In this document: one piece after another, positions 25,850 through 27,511 of the stretch
Layout: every line of letters starts with the position of its first letter
Numbering within the stretch: position 1 is the first letter of the stretch
Program-made: the position numbers and the translations under genes
IMG/VR virus record: IMGVR_UViG_3300020403_002006
Span: 1-27,511 of that record
Length of the DNA: 27,511 nt
DNA from: a virus
Taxonomy: Duplodnaviria > Caudoviricetes
Strand: one strand, 5' to 3'
The notes under the pieces: model-generated
Database searches by the model: none
What the model was told of the DNA's origin: nothing
Seen by the model: only the letters and a program-made list of their open reading frames with translations

Positions 25850-26795
25850 CAATATTGTTAAACTTGGACAAAGAACTATGTTGGAAAACAACTTGTTTTC
25901 TGTGTCCTGGATCCTTGGCCGTTTCTGTAACTATAATTGCAGTTATTGTTGGCCGTATGCTAGAAGCAGTAAAGTTGATCATAGACAGTTTGAAGTTTAC
26001 ACCAATGCTATTGATGAGATTAAACGTCAAGCAAGAGCAAACGGATTTGATAAGTTTCATTTTAGTTTCAGCGGTGGAGAACCTACTGCATACAAAAAGT
26101 TTATTGATTTGATTAAACATTATGAAGATTATGAAAGTGAATATTTAAGCATACATATGACAAGTAATTGCAGTCCTGCGAAACGTTGGTGGACAAGATG
26201 GTTAGATGCAACCCATGTCATGGATAGAAGAAGTATTACAGCAAGTTATCATGCCGAATTTGCAAATGAAAAAGAGTTTGGTGACAAACTTTTATATTTA
26301 CAGGACAATGATGTCCTTGTAACGATCAATCAGGTAATGGTGCCTGAACATTGGGAGGAATATTATGATAGATGTAATAGGTTTATTAGCAGGGGTCTTC
26401 ATGTTACTCTTAAGCCTCAGTCTGATCCTACTGCTAGTTTTGTGGTCTCGGGATACACCGAAGAACAAAAGAAAATTTTACAACAGGAAAGTGTACAAAA
26501 CACCTACCAAGTCGCGTTATATGACAATGATGGAGTAGAATATTGGATTGATCAAGCGGAAAGATTGAATGCTTATGGTTTCAATAAGTTTAAGGATTGG
26601 AACTGTTGGTCTGGTTATCAAAGTTGCATAATACGTGAACCAGGAGGAGAAGTGAAACGCAGTTACAGTTGTCACGATGAACCTTTAGGAACTTTAGAAA
26701 AAGGATTTAAATTATTTAAAAAGCCTATGCCATGTATTACTCCAACCTGTGTAAGCAGTGCTGACAGCAAAATACCAAAGGAAAAGAATGTATAA
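25821..26795 (+). CDS. Radical SAM enzyme with C-terminal SPASM/twitch-like Cys domain, ~324 aa
   Basis: CNYNCSYC, FSGGEP and TSN motifs. C-terminal WNCWSG...YSC...CITPTC. Start uncertain (25803, 25821 or 25830). Confidence 0.85.
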   Translation: MSSMEKIPFNNIVKLGQRTMLENNLFSVSWILGRFCNYNCSYCWPYARSSKVDHRQFEVYTNAIDEIKRQARANGFDKFHFSFSGGEPTAYKKFIDLIKHYEDYESEYLSIHMTSNCSPAKRWWTRWLDATHVMDRRSITASYHAEFANEKEFGDKLLYLQDNDVLVTINQVMVPEHWEEYYDRCNRFISRGLHVTLKPQSDPTASFVVSGYTEEQKKILQQESVQNTYQVALYDNDGVEYWIDQAERLNAYGFNKFKDWNCWSGYQSCIIREPGGEVKRSYSCHDEPLGTLEKGFKLFKKPMPCITPTCVSSADSKIPKEKNV

Positions 26796-27511
26796 TTATA
26801 AAGATATAAAATCTATACACCTAGAAGTTACTTCTAAATGTCAAGCAAGGTGTCCTATGTGTCCAAGAAGATTGCAAGGAGGTCCTCTGCTTGATAGTTT
26901 ATATCTTGAAGAAATTACATTAGACATTTTTAAAAAGTGGTTTCCGGTAGATTTCATACATCAATTAGAACACGTTTATATGTGTGGTAACTTAGGTGAT
27001 CCTATGATTGCTAAAGACACATTAAAAATTTTTAGATATATGCGTGAATTAAATCCAGAAATGAGTTTACAAATGCATACAAACGGAAGTGGCCGCACAG
27101 ACAAATGGTGGAAAGAATTAGCAGAACTAAAAGTTAAAACTGTATTTGGTATTGATGGATTACAGGATACTCATGCGTTATACAGAATAAACACTGATTG
27201 GAACAAGATTATTAAAAATGCAAAAACATTTATAAAAGCAGGAGGAGATGCACGTTGGGATATGCTTGTTTTTAAACATAACGAACATCAAGTAGAAAAA
27301 TGCCAAGACCTTAGTAAGTTATTAGGCTTCAAAGGATTCAGTGTAAAACATACAACAAGATTTAGAGATGGAAAATTAGATGTGATAGACGATACTTATA
27401 ATGTCACCCATACTTTATTGCCATCGCAGAAAAGTTTAGAAATGATTGATCCAGCAAAAAAAGCCGCAGAAGAATTTTTGCCTAAAATAAAATGTAAAGC
27501 AAAGGAAGACA
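26788..27511 (+). CDS. Radical SAM enzyme, 3'-truncated by the window edge (absent from the ORF track)
   Basis: SD AAGGA then ATG 26788, reading MYNYKDIKSIHLEVTSKCQARCPMCPR...MCGNLGDP...HTNG...FGIDG...YR. CxxxCxxC is present and the frame is open to the end of the window. Confidence 0.85.
   Translation, partial: MYNYKDIKSIHLEVTSKCQARCPMCPRRLQGGPLLDSLYLEEITLDIFKKWFPVDFIHQLEHVYMCGNLGDPMIAKDTLKIFRYMRELNPEMSLQMHTNGSGRTDKWWKELAELKVKTVFGIDGLQDTHALYRINTDWNKIIKNAKTFIKAGGDARWDMLVFKHNEHQVEKCQDLSKLLGFKGFSVKHTTRFRDGKLDVIDDTYNVTHTLLPSQKSLEMIDPAKKAAEEFLPKIKCKAKED

Noticed and set aside
25414-26120. Antisense ORFs 25414-25731, 25478-25714, 25776-26120 and plus-strand ORF 25855-26112
   Set aside because: No convincing RBS or motif, and they overlap well-supported genes; locally higher GC lowers stop-codon frequency.
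18344-27511. 7-deazaguanine (QueE/DpdA/ArcS-like) DNA modification as the role of the radical SAM and amidinotransferase genes
   Set aside because: The radical SAM proteins carry extra Cys domains unlike QueE, no FolE/QueD/QueC/DpdA is present in the window, and the amidinotransferase is the arginine-dependent AGAT/StrB1 type rather than an archaeosine synthase.
1-27511. CRISPR array, tRNA, intron, intein or homing endonuclease
   Set aside because: Intergenic gaps are at most ~40 bp, and no repeat-spacer pattern, cloverleaf, or intein/HNH/GIY-YIG/LAGLIDADG motif was seen by eye.

Overview
AT-rich, gene-dense segment of a large tailed dsDNA phage, with T4-type TATAAATA-like late promoter boxes and no tRNA, rRNA or CRISPR. 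Left half (1-14514, + strand) is a virion module. It holds a 5'-truncated >2400-aa baseplate/tail-type protein, a 204-aa probable structural protein, three paralogous fibre-like proteins with a shared N-terminus but different C-termini (tail collar; small beta module; peptidase-G2-like chaperone), and a 303-aa probable structural protein. Right half (14556 to past the window end) is a tightly coupled carbohydrate-tailoring island. It encodes six glycosyltransferase-like proteins in three paralogous pairs, three radical SAM enzymes and an SGNH-type acyl enzyme. It also contains an inverted five-gene operon: a miniature DegT/StrS aminotransferase, an amidinotransferase, two 2OG-Fe(II)-type oxygenases and one of the GT10-like genes. 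That operon and its neighbour sit behind back-to-back late boxes that predict leaderless mRNAs. Best candidate for an undescribed system: a late-expressed phage pathway with aminocyclitol/aminoglycoside-like enzyme logic that may make an amino/guanidino-sugar glycan, plausibly decorating the virion. Family calls come from motif recognition by eye; no database search was run.
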